64,000 nt of DNA from Alphaproteobacteria bacterium. Its GTDB lineage: Bacteria > Pseudomonadota > Alphaproteobacteria > MPNO01 > UBA830. Of the stretch, positions 40,600 through 49,720 are shown piece after piece. The position numbers and the translations under genes are program-made. The notes under the pieces are model-generated. The model made no database searches and was not told the origin of the DNA. It worked only from the letters and a program-made list of their open reading frames with translations. Within the stretch, counting starts at the first letter, position 1. Each line of letters starts with the position of its first letter. The stretch covers positions 2,304,001 to 2,368,000 of the forward strand of contig OZ251539.1 in the NCBI GenBank assembly GCA_965243135.1, given 5' to 3'.

Positions 40600-41669
40600 C
40601 GTCTCTCCTTTCGATCTCGCCGCCTCCCATGGAAGGCGTCTTCGAGAAGTCTCCGGACGCTGCTTCGGTCGACCGGTCTCGGGTTTATATAAGGCGTCTC
40701 GGTCGCAATGCCAGCCGCCAGATCGATCCCTTCCCGCTCCAGGCCAAGTTCGGCGAGGCTTGTCGGCGCCCCGACTCGGGCCGCCAGATCGTGCAGTCCT
40801 TCGACGGCATCCGCCGCCCCCAGCGCGCGGCTTGCCGACGCCATGGCGGCCGGGGCGGCGTCCCGATTGAAATCCGCCGCGTAAGGGAGCAGCACGGCGT
40901 GCGTTTCCGCGTGCGGCAGGCCGAACGAACCGCCCAGAACGTGACAGAGCTTGTGATGTATTCCCATAGCCGCCTTGGCGAGCGCAAGGCCGCACAAAAA
41001 AGCGCCGTACAGCGCCTCTCCTCGCGCCTCGTCGTCGGCCGCCCCGCTGCAAACCGTCGGCAATCCGGACGCCATCCTGGCGATGCCTTCCTCGGCGATC
41101 ATGGCCAGCACGGGATTGACGTTATGGGCGTACAGCGCTTCCACGGAATGAGCGACGGCGTTCAGGCCGCTCGGTCCCGCAATGCCGGTAGGCAGATCCG
41201 CCGTGAGATCCGCATCGTAGATCACGGTCGCGGGAACGACCCGCGAGTCGCGGCCGGTGGTCTTGCCGCCGCTCTCCGAAATTCCCCAAATGTCGGTCAT
41301 CTCGGAGCCGGCATAGGTCGACGGAACGGCCACGATGGCCGCCTCCCTCCGGAGGGCGACCGCCTTGGCGAGACCGATCGCGGAACCGCCGCCGATCGCG
41401 ACGATGCAATCCGCCTTGTGCCGATCCGCCATCGCTGCCGCGGCGTCCGCGTTCTCGCGCGGCACGTGCATGGCCGTTCCCGCGACGGCGGCGGCAAACC
41501 GGCTGCCCAGCGTTGCCGCTGCGGCGTCCGCCCTCGCGCGCTGGGACGCGGAGGACACGATAAGTACGGAAGTCGCGCCGAGCCGCTTTACCTCGGCCGG
41601 GATCTCGGCGATTCGCCCCGGACCGAAAAGCGCGCGGGCGGCAAAGGCCTCGTAGATGAACTCTTGCAT
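40596..41669 (-). CDS. Maleylacetate reductase
   Basis: AMHVP, IGGGSAIGLAKA, PSTYAGSEMT, NAVAHSVEALY, MGIHHKLCHVLGG..LPHAETH, NPRP. Confidence 0.92.
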   Translation of the reverse strand: MQEFIYEAFAARALFGPGRIAEIPAEVKRLGATSVLIVSSASQRARADAAAATLGSRFAAAVAGTAMHVPRENADAAAAMADRHKADCIVAIGGGSAIGLAKAVALRREAAIVAVPSTYAGSEMTDIWGISESGGKTTGRDSRVVPATVIYDADLTADLPTGIAGPSGLNAVAHSVEALYAHNVNPVLAMIAEEGIARMASGLPTVCSGAADDEARGEALYGAFLCGLALAKAAMGIHHKLCHVLGGSFGLPHAETHAVLLPYAADFNRDAAPAAMASASRALGAADAVEGLHDLAARVGAPTSLAELGLEREGIDLAAGIATETPYINPRPVDRSSVRRLLEDAFHGRRRDRKERR

Positions 41670-41945
41670 GCAACCACCTCTACCGGCGCGCCGAACGGAA
41701 GACAAGCCAGAGAGCCTCTTTGGCGCGAGCGAAAAGGACGGCGCGCCGGCGAGTTTCGCAGCGTTGCCCTTCGCGTTCTTTCGGCAACGAGCGGGACGAG
41801 CCGACGCGCAAGGCCCTGCGTCGCGCCGACGCTGCGAACCGGGTTCGCCTTTACGCGGCTTCCGGACGAAAGCCGCCGAACGAACGACGGACAGGCCGAC
41901 GGAAGCGCGGAAATCGGCGCCGGAACCGCGCCGGGCCGGCGCCGC

Positions 41946-43265
41946 TTATAGCAATGCCAGGCTCAATTCGGGCCAGGCAATGATGGCGATCAGGACGGCC
42001 AGCATGATGACGGCGAACGGAAACGCGCCCGCGAAGATGTCGATCAGGCGGATCGAAGGATCGTTCAGCGTGGACCTGATGACGAAGCACGATATCCCGA
42101 GCGGCGGCGTCAGCAGGCCGATTTCCGCTCCGATCACCGTGACGATCCCGAACCAGATCAGGTCGAGCTCCAGCGACTCGACGACCGGCAGAAACAACGG
42201 CGCCACGATCAGGATCATCGACGCCGTATCGATGATCGTGCCGAGAAGCAGCAGCATCGGCACGTAGATCAGCATCAGACCCCAAACGCCCAGGCCCTGC
42301 GCCTCCAGCCAGTTGCCGAACAGCGTCGGCAGGCCGGCGACGCCGAGCATGCGGCTGTACATGGAGGCCGCGACGATCAGAAACAGGATCGAAGCGGTGA
42401 TGTGGCCGGTCTCTACGAGGCACTCCCAGAAATCGGCCCAACTGAGCGAACGCCGGAGCAAAGCGATGACGAGGGCGACCAGCGAACCCGCAGCGCCCGC
42501 CTCGACCGGCGTGACGATGCCGCCGTAGATTCCGCCGAGCACCACCAGAACCAGAAAAACCACCGGGAACATCATGCGGCAGACGTCGATCCACGTCAGA
42601 GTCCGCCATTCCGCTCCGGCGTTCTCCGCGATTCCGTGACCGCCGACGAAACCCGGAAAGATGCGCGCCATAAAGACGATCGCAACTGCGTATGCGGCGG
42701 CGAGCAGAAGGCCCGGCAGAATGCCGGCAATGAACAACTGCCCGATCGACTGGTCGGCGGTGATGGCGTATATGATCAGCATGGCGCTCGGCGGGATTAT
42801 CATGCCAAGCACCGAGGATCCGCCGACGACGCCGACGGAAAAACGCGTCGTGTATCCGAACGCCCGCATCTCGGGCACCGAAATCTTCGCGAACACCGAT
42901 GCGGAGGCGATCGAAGAACCGGTGATGGATGCGAACACGGCGTTCGCAGCGACCGTCGCTATGCCGAGGCCGCCCTTGACGCGGTAGAAGACGAAGTTGG
43001 CCACGCGATAGACATCGTTTCCGAGGCCCGCCCTCGAGACGAGCAAACCCATCAGCGCGAAAAGCGGCACCGTCGCGAAGACCTGATGCGAGACGGTATC
43101 TGCGGCCGCCAGCGCCAGCAGGTTGATTGGCAGCTGTATGTCGCCGCGCATGATCCATACGCCGAGGAAGGAAACCAGCCCGAGCGCGACGGTGATGTAA
43201 AGGCCCGCATAGATCAGAAGAACGATGAGGAAGACGGAGGCGAGACCGATTTCGACGGGGCTCAT
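41946..43265 (-). CDS. dctM: TRAP transporter large permease
   Basis: VPLFALMG, FASITGSSIAS, LGMIIPPS, TPVEAG, IGLLTPPLG. Confidence 0.92.
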   Translation of the reverse strand: MSPVEIGLASVFLIVLLIYAGLYITVALGLVSFLGVWIMRGDIQLPINLLALAAADTVSHQVFATVPLFALMGLLVSRAGLGNDVYRVANFVFYRVKGGLGIATVAANAVFASITGSSIASASVFAKISVPEMRAFGYTTRFSVGVVGGSSVLGMIIPPSAMLIIYAITADQSIGQLFIAGILPGLLLAAAYAVAIVFMARIFPGFVGGHGIAENAGAEWRTLTWIDVCRMMFPVVFLVLVVLGGIYGGIVTPVEAGAAGSLVALVIALLRRSLSWADFWECLVETGHITASILFLIVAASMYSRMLGVAGLPTLFGNWLEAQGLGVWGLMLIYVPMLLLLGTIIDTASMILIVAPLFLPVVESLELDLIWFGIVTVIGAEIGLLTPPLGISCFVIRSTLNDPSIRLIDIFAGAFPFAVIMLAVLIAIIAWPELSLALL

Positions 43266-43807
43266 GCGCCGGACCTCCGCGCCGCGCGTACATGACGCAG
43301 CACGAACCCGGCGAACAACAACATCGTCACCGCGCAACCGATCACCAGAATCAGCTTCACCGGCCATGTCGGAGCGGTAAACACCCCCTTGTTGCCGACG
43401 TAATGATCGCCCTTCCACGCTTCGACGAAGAGCGGCCACGAACCGTAGAGAATGAAGAACATGAAAAGCGCCCCGAGAAAGTCGAACGCGGCGCCCAGCG
43501 AGTGGCCGAGCCGCGGGGCGCGCCGGAGCGCGGTTTCGTAGAGCCCGTCGGATCTGGTGAGGCGACCGATCCGGGTGGCGTCGCCCAACTGCAGAAAAAC
43601 GATCGCGACCATCGACATCTCGATCATCTCGATGACGCCGTCGATCGGCGCGGTCAGCAGGTTGCGCCCCAGAACGTCCGCATTGACGAGAATCAGCAGA
43701 GCCAGAATCCAGAGCGTGCCTACGCCGTTGAGCCCGCGCACCACTCGGTCGAAGGAAGAACCGGTTCCATTGGCGCGCAACTCCGGCGGAACCGGGTTCT
43801 CGCTCAC
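43262..43807 (-). CDS. dctQ: TRAP transporter small permease
   Basis: 4 TM segments, NADVLGRN..PIDGVIE, PTWPVK. Confidence 0.88.
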   Translation of the reverse strand: MSENPVPPELRANGTGSSFDRVVRGLNGVGTLWILALLILVNADVLGRNLLTAPIDGVIEMIEMSMVAIVFLQLGDATRIGRLTRSDGLYETALRRAPRLGHSLGAAFDFLGALFMFFILYGSWPLFVEAWKGDHYVGNKGVFTAPTWPVKLILVIGCAVTMLLFAGFVLRHVRAARRSGA

Positions 43808-44460
43808 TTCAGGCAGTTACTCGCGGTCCCAGTGCCGCATGATGGGTTGCTTCGCCGCCCGCATGCGGTCCATGTAGGCAGCCAGGATCTTGCCGCCCGG
43901 AGTGCCCTTTTTCTCGAGATCGTCGGCCCATTCCCGGGCGATGTTCGGCATGCCCTTCGACCACGCCTCGCGGCCTTCCTTCGACAGCGCCGTTACCGTG
44001 CCGCCCTTCTTGCGGAATGCGTCGAGAGAACCCTTGCCCTTGGCCAATGCCTGGGAAGACATCTGGTCTCGATAGCCGATGGCTTGAGAGGCAAGCGCTT
44101 TCCGCACCTCCGCGGGAAGGTTCTTCCAGCTTTTCGCGTTGACGTTGATCGCCTTGGAACAGGCGGCGCCCAGATCGGCCTTGAGCATGTAGGGCGCGAC
44201 TTCAACGATCTTGAAACGAACGACGGCCTCCGGCCACAGCATTGCGCCGGAAACCACTCCCGTCTTCAACTTGTTGTAGAAGGACACAAGGCTTCCGGCG
44301 ACCCCGGCGGCGCCGAGACCTTGCAGGTAGCGGAGATTCACGCCCGCGCCGGCGACCTTCATTCCTCTGAATGCATCCAGACCTGTCACCTTTTCGCGAG
44401 TGAACATCTGGTAGGAATCGAGAACGCAACCATTGGTGAGATAGACCTGCCCGTAAGGTC

Positions 44461-44493
44461 TCTCGCCAAAATAAATTGTTTATTTTGGCGAGA
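44461..44493. repeat. Perfect 15-bp-arm palindrome made of the TIR and an internal TIR copy
   Basis: TCTCGCCAAAATAAA-TTG-TTTATTTTGGCGAGA. Confidence 0.85.
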
Positions 44494-45679
44494 AGCGATA
44501 ATTCCATTCCCCGTGAAAATTGTCTCTCTCGAGAGACAGGGAAGCCATCTGTTTATCCGTCACCGGCTGCCCGGTCGGGTAGCTGTTTTCGTCCAACTCG
44601 GACCGGAGCGTCAGGCCGCTTTTCGTCGTCGTATGGCCGATGAGGTTCACGACCACCTCGTGGCTTGTCAGCGGGCGACCGCGCCAATTCTGGGTGATGT
44701 GGCAAAACATTCGGTGCTCAATCTTGTTCCACTTGCTTGTGCCGGGCGGAAAGTGGCAAACGCAAACCTGAAGCTTGGTGTCGTCAGCGAGCTTTTGCAA
44801 CTCCCATTTCCACAAGCGGTTGCGGCTGCCGTTCGAACCGCCACCATCGGCCGTAATCAGCAAGCGGCGCGCTCCAGGATAGACCTGGCTGCCCATCTTG
44901 CGCCACCATCGGCGCAACGTCTCGACCGCGAATGTCGCCGTATCGTGATCGACGCCGACGCTCACCCACCCCGTATCGTTCGTCAAATCGTAGATGCCAT
45001 AGGGGATTGCCTTCCCGAGATCCTTGTCCGGAAAATCATGAACGTTGACGGCTTCGGGCCGCCCCTTGCGCTTCCACTCCTTGCCATTATTCTTATATTT
45101 TCCAACGAGTTCCTTCTTTTTCGCGTCAACCGATACGACCGGCTGACCCAACTTTTGAAAAGCCTTCACACGCCGGTTGATGTACTTGAATTGCGTATCC
45201 CGGTCAGGATGCTGGTTGCCTTCCAGCGTTTTCCGGTTGGCCTGCAGGCTGTAGCCCGCGTGGTGAAGCATCCGGTTCACTGTCCGCTCGCTGACCGGAT
45301 GCCCGGCCGCCCGAAGCTCCTCCGCCAATCGAGAGGCGCTGCTGCACGTCCAGCGCAACGGCTCCGACGGGTCGCCGCGAGTCGCCGGGTCCACCATCTT
45401 CTCAAGAGCAACCAGAAGGTCCGGGTCATGCTCGACGAGCGGCTTCCGGCCTCCGCCCGGACCACGTATCCGTCCGCCTTCCATCGGCTGGTCGAGTTCC
45501 TCGATCCCGGCCTTGATGGTCGTTCTCGACATTCCCGTCGCTTCGGCGACACGCGCGATGCCGCCGCGACCGATCGCGCGCGCCTCCGTCGCCGCCCAAC
45601 GCCGCCGCGTTCGCTCGTCGAATAGAGGCTTCAACGCGACGAACTTGGCCCGAACCATTTGTGCCACGGGGTTCTCCAT
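44480..45679 (-). CDS. ISAzo13 transposase
   Basis: DERTRRRWAA, RGDP..PLRWT, SVDAKKKE, ITADGGGSN, PPGTSKWNKIEHRMF, FHGEWNY; extended -10 TGCTATAAT 7 nt before the ATG. Confidence 0.95.
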   Translation of the reverse strand: MENPVAQMVRAKFVALKPLFDERTRRRWAATEARAIGRGGIARVAEATGMSRTTIKAGIEELDQPMEGGRIRGPGGGRKPLVEHDPDLLVALEKMVDPATRGDPSEPLRWTCSSASRLAEELRAAGHPVSERTVNRMLHHAGYSLQANRKTLEGNQHPDRDTQFKYINRRVKAFQKLGQPVVSVDAKKKELVGKYKNNGKEWKRKGRPEAVNVHDFPDKDLGKAIPYGIYDLTNDTGWVSVGVDHDTATFAVETLRRWWRKMGSQVYPGARRLLITADGGGSNGSRNRLWKWELQKLADDTKLQVCVCHFPPGTSKWNKIEHRMFCHITQNWRGRPLTSHEVVVNLIGHTTTKSGLTLRSELDENSYPTGQPVTDKQMASLSLERDNFHGEWNYRFSPK

Positions 45680-46508
45680 GACACAAATTATAGCATAAAA
45701 TAAATCAACCTGAATAAATATCTTATTTTGGCGAGAGCCCTAAGGCTCCCACGCTTCCCTGAATTGCGGGAATTCGTCGGCCATCTCGTCCATCAGGCGC
45801 GAGGTCAGCACCGGATCCGCCGACACGAACGGCGTCACGAAGGCGAGGTTCTGCAGCGGCACCTTGTCCGCGTGAAACACCGTCGTCACAATCCCGATGT
45901 CGCCGAGGCCCCTCTGCAAGCCTTCCAGAACATGCCGCGTCTTGACGATCTGCCCGGACCAAGCTTGATTCCATCTGATCTTGTATTGGCCGGTTTTCGC
46001 GAGCTCGCGATCTACCGCCGGAATGTAGAAGTTGATGAACTCTCGAACCCAGGATGCCTTGGGCGGATATCCGTCGATCGCAGTGACATCTACGGTCTTC
46101 TGCGCAGCGGCCGGTAAAACGAACGATGCTGCGGCAGCGGCGAGAATGATTTTCCAGAGATTGCGCATTTGACGATCCTTCCATTTGCCGATGCCGCTTC
46201 TCGCATATCCGACACGGCGTGTCCAAGCGAACGTCGGCGCTCCGTCAACGCCGCCCGTTGCTTCGCCGACCGTCGACAGCCGTTTTCCGCATTTCAATGG
46301 CGCCGTCGGAAAAAGAATTTCCCGGCGCGCGAGCGTCTGAAGGGAGACGCCAGCCCCGAGTTCCCGGCGGCCTCCGGGGCGTCCCGTCAAGCCGCAAGCG
46401 CGCGAGGCGACGAACCGGCTGCCGCCGCAGGCCGGATCCGCGTTGCGGACAGCGGCCATGCGTGGGCCGCTGTCCGAACGGAACGTCGAACTCGTCCGGC
46501 TTCAGGCT

Positions 46509-46810
46509 TCAGGCGGCCTCGCAGCCGACGACGTTGCGCTCTTCGCGGCTGAACTCCACCAGGTGGACCGAACGTCCGAGGTGGAGGTACTTGTCCGCGT
46601 AGCCCTTCTCCCGCAGCTGCGCGAGCGCGACCCCCTCCCGCCCGCGCTCCACCACCTTGAACTCGAACAGGTAGACGCGGTCGCCGGCGCGGATCGCCAT
46701 GTCGGCGCGCCGACCAGTCCCGCTTGCCGTGCACGGCAAGGCCCTGGAACAACTCCTCGCTTCCCTCGAACAACTCCTGCAGCGTGTCCACCAGAAGGGT
46801 CTTGCCGAGG
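46509..46810 (-). pseudogene. AAA/PD-(D/E)XK remnant with a large internal deletion (copy 3)
   Basis: GKTLLVDTLQELFEGSEELFQGLAVHGKRDWS joined directly to ADMAIRAGDRVYLFEFKVV..ALAQLREKGYADKY..REERNVVG. Confidence 0.85.
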
Positions 46811-46874
46811 TTCGACGACAACTCATTCCACCTCTCCACATCCGGGTCGCGGCGGATAGGCCGTGGAGCGTGGC

Positions 46875-47226
46875 GCAGGTGACGCGAGGGACCGCTGGAA
46901 CGTCCGCATGCGGCGAAATTTGTCTGCAACCGGCCGATCTTGCCTGCGGCGGCCTGTTAATTCTGATATAATGGATAAATCGAAATAATTGAACGCAGTA
47001 TTGCGGTAGGCGTAATAAGGGACCTTCTCCCATGAACCGGAAGCCGCGGAACAGGTGCAGGTGACGCGAGGGACCGCTGGAACGTCCGCATGCGGCGAAA
47101 TTTGTCTGCAACCGGCCGATCTTGCCTGCGGCGGCCTGTTAATTCTGATATAATGGATAAATCGAAATAATTGAACGCAGTATTGCGGTAGGCGTAATAA
47201 GGGACCTTCTCCCATGAACCGGAAGC
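46875..47226 (+). repeat. Tandem direct repeat, 2 x 170 bp (period 182), covering the fic promoter and first codons
   Basis: 46875-47044 and 47057-47226 identical by eye; each contains TGATATAAT and ATGAACCGGAAG. Confidence 0.92.
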
Positions 47227-48374
47227 GGAGCGGCCGCTACGAAACGACGACCGTGGGCGGCGAAACGGTGCGCGCCTTCGTGCCGATGCGCCTCCCGCCC
47301 GAACCTGCGCTGGATCTCGCGGTGTTGCACCCCCGGCTGGAGAGCGCATCGCTTGCGCTCGGCCGTTTGGACAGCCTCTCCGCGCTGCTGCCCGACATTC
47401 GCCTCTTTCTGTACGCATACGTTCGCAAGGAAGCGGTCCTTTCCTCCCAGATCGAGGGTACGCAGTCTTCGTTGTCCGACCTTATGCTGTTCGAACTGGA
47501 TCGGACGCCCGGCGTCCCCCTCGACGACGTCGTCGAGGTCTCGAGCTACGTGGCGGCCCTGGAGCACGGGTTGGGCCGACTGCGCGAGGACTTTCCGCTT
47601 TCCAACCGGCTCATCCGGGAAATGCACGAGGTGTTGCTCCGCCGCGGCAGAGGGCGCAATAAAGCGCCGGGAGAGTTTCGGCGCTCCCAGAACTGGATCG
47701 GCGGCCGCCGCCCCGGATTCGCGCGCTTCGTTCCGCCGCCGGCTCCCGCGGTCGTTGACTGCATGTCGGACCTCGAACGCTTTATCCATAGCCGTACCGC
47801 CGGGTTGTCTTCTCTTTTGCGGGCAGGCCTCGTCCACGTTCAGTTCGAAACCATTCACCCCTTTCTCGACGGCAACGGCCGGGTCGGCCGTCTGTTGATC
47901 GCCCTGATGCTCTGTCAGGAAGGCGTGTTGCGTGAACCGCTTCTCTATTTGAGCCTCTATTTCAAACAACATCGAGACGACTATTACGCGCTTCTCGACA
48001 AAGTGCGGCAACGCGGCGATTGGGAAGCATGGCTCGCGTTCTTTCTCGACGGCGTGACGGAAACGGCGAAGGGCGCCGTTTCGACCGCGCAGCGGTTGTT
48101 GACGCTGTTCCGCGAAGATCAGGCGCGAATACGATTGGGCGGACGAGCCGCGGGGTCGGCGCTGCGCGTCCACCGGATGTTGCAGGAAAGCCCGATTTCG
48201 TCGCTTCAGGATCTGGCAAGTCGCACGGGCCTCTCGTTCTCCGCGACATCCGCCGGAATGACGATTCTCGAAGAACTGAACGTGGCGCGCGAGTTGACGG
48301 GCAGGAAACGGGGGCGCCTGTTCGGCTATGACCGTTACCTCGCTATCCTCGGCGAGGGAACCGAACCGCTATAG
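47214..48374 (+). CDS. Fic family AMPylase (class II, SoFic-like) with C-terminal wHTH
   Basis: EAVLSSQIEG (inhibitory helix), GEFRRSQNWIG, HPFLDGNGRVGR. Confidence 0.93.
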   Translation: MNRKRSGRYETTTVGGETVRAFVPMRLPPEPALDLAVLHPRLESASLALGRLDSLSALLPDIRLFLYAYVRKEAVLSSQIEGTQSSLSDLMLFELDRTPGVPLDDVVEVSSYVAALEHGLGRLREDFPLSNRLIREMHEVLLRRGRGRNKAPGEFRRSQNWIGGRRPGFARFVPPPAPAVVDCMSDLERFIHSRTAGLSSLLRAGLVHVQFETIHPFLDGNGRVGRLLIALMLCQEGVLREPLLYLSLYFKQHRDDYYALLDKVRQRGDWEAWLAFFLDGVTETAKGAVSTAQRLLTLFREDQARIRLGGRAAGSALRVHRMLQESPISSLQDLASRTGLSFSATSAGMTILEELNVARELTGRKRGRLFGYDRYLAILGEGTEPL

Positions 48375-48838
48375 GAGCCGTTTGCGCTGTGCCATTTTTT
48401 GTCGGCCTGTCGCCCGGCCGGCACCCCGCGAACCGCTCCGGCCGCCCGTCGGCAGCACGCAAGGGCCTCGCGGGTGCTCAGTCTTCAGAACAAAAGGCGA
48501 GTATCCGGTTGCCGCGCCGCAAACTCGGTGCAAGCCGGACCGTGGCCTGAACGCAGGCGGCCAATCGGGGGACGGCGTCCGGCTGGCCTTGGGGTGGAAT
48601 CCGCGAAAATCGCGACCTCGGCGCGGGGAATTCGCAGTTTTCCGTACCCGAATCGGGGTAAGAAAAATTCCGCACCCCGGAAAGCTGTCCGCATTTCAAG
48701 GCGTTACGAACAGCGCACGCGGCTCTATAGCCTCGCGTCGAAGGCGGCTCGGCCCGTCGCGGTCGGTTTCGAAAGACGGCGCGGCGTCCCGCGTCCGGGA
48801 GAGACCTTCGTCGGCCTGTCGCGCGCGACGGCGCCGAC

Positions 48839-49720
48839 TCACGGATCGCCCAGACCTGACTGGCGCTCCGTTCGCAATACGGTGGCGAAGAAGTCCCTGT
48901 GAAGATCCTCCGAATTCAGCATCTCGTGGAATATCTCCGACAGGACGGGAGCGATGTCGAGCTTCACGCCGCAGGCTTCGGCCGCATCGACGAAAAGATC
49001 CTGATCCTTCGCTGCCGTCGCGACGAACGACGCCGGCGAGAAATCCCGATCCTTCAACGCCTCCGCCTTGTATTGCACGAGCGGCGAGCCGACGGCGCTC
49101 GCCGCCATCACTTCCAGCATCTTCCCCCATTCCACCCCGCCCCTGCGGCCGACCGCCAAGGCTTCGGCCATCGCCGCAGCGGTCGCGTGAACCATGTTGT
49201 TGACGGCGAGCTTCAGATAACGCGCCTGTTCTCCTCCCCCCACGTGATAGACTTTCGACCCGAGAAGTTTCAGAAGCGGAAGGCACGCCTCGAAAGCGGG
49301 TTCGGGTCCCGACGCGATAACGGTCAGCGACGCGCTTTCCGCAAGGACGACGCTGCCCGAGACCGGCGCACGCAAATAGAGCGTTCCGCGCCGCTCCGCG
49401 GCGTCGGCGACCTCGCGGGACGCATGGGGCGAGACGGTGCTCATGTCCACGTACGCCGCCCCTTCGCCGGCCGACGCCAGGACGCCTTGCTCGCCGAGCG
49501 CGACCCGCCGGAGCGCGGAATCGTCCGGAATCGACGAAAACACGACGGCCGCCCCGCGGCAGGCGTCCGCGACGGAAGCCGCGGCCGCCGCGCCGCATTC
49601 CTTCAGGCGCGAAAGCCGTTCCGGCTTCGCGTCGAACGCCGCGACCTCGTGCCCGCCCGCAAGAACGTTGCGCGCCATGGGAAAACCCATGTTGCCGACT
49701 CCGATCCAGCCCGTCTTCAT
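48839..49720 (-). CDS. NAD(P)-dependent oxidoreductase, 3-hydroxyisobutyrate DH family
   Basis: GWIGVGNMG, DMSTVSP, APVSGS, LKLAVN. Confidence 0.9.
   Translation of the reverse strand: MKTGWIGVGNMGFPMARNVLAGGHEVAAFDAKPERLSRLKECGAAAAASVADACRGAAVVFSSIPDDSALRRVALGEQGVLASAGEGAAYVDMSTVSPHASREVADAAERRGTLYLRAPVSGSVVLAESASLTVIASGPEPAFEACLPLLKLLGSKVYHVGGGEQARYLKLAVNNMVHATAAAMAEALAVGRRGGVEWGKMLEVMAASAVGSPLVQYKAEALKDRDFSPASFVATAAKDQDLFVDAAEACGVKLDIAPVLSEIFHEMLNSEDLHRDFFATVLRTERQSGLGDP

Larger units (their letters stand above)
44457..45740 (-). mobile_element. ISAzo13-family IS
   Basis: 18-bp TIR GG(T/G)CTCTCGCCAAAATAA; 3-bp TSD TAA (44454-44456, 45741-45743). Confidence 0.93.
43817..46168 (-). pseudogene. 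dctP: TRAP substrate-binding protein split by ISAzo13
   Basis: N-part 45741-46168 (signal peptide, LEGLQRGLGDIG) and C-part 43817-44456; rejoin in frame as AWEP-YGQVYLTNGCVLDSYQMF. Confidence 0.9.

Noticed and set aside
48480-48830. Possible IS-end relic between fic and the dehydrogenase
   Set aside because: Only weak, short similarity to IS ends; not supportable without an alignment.
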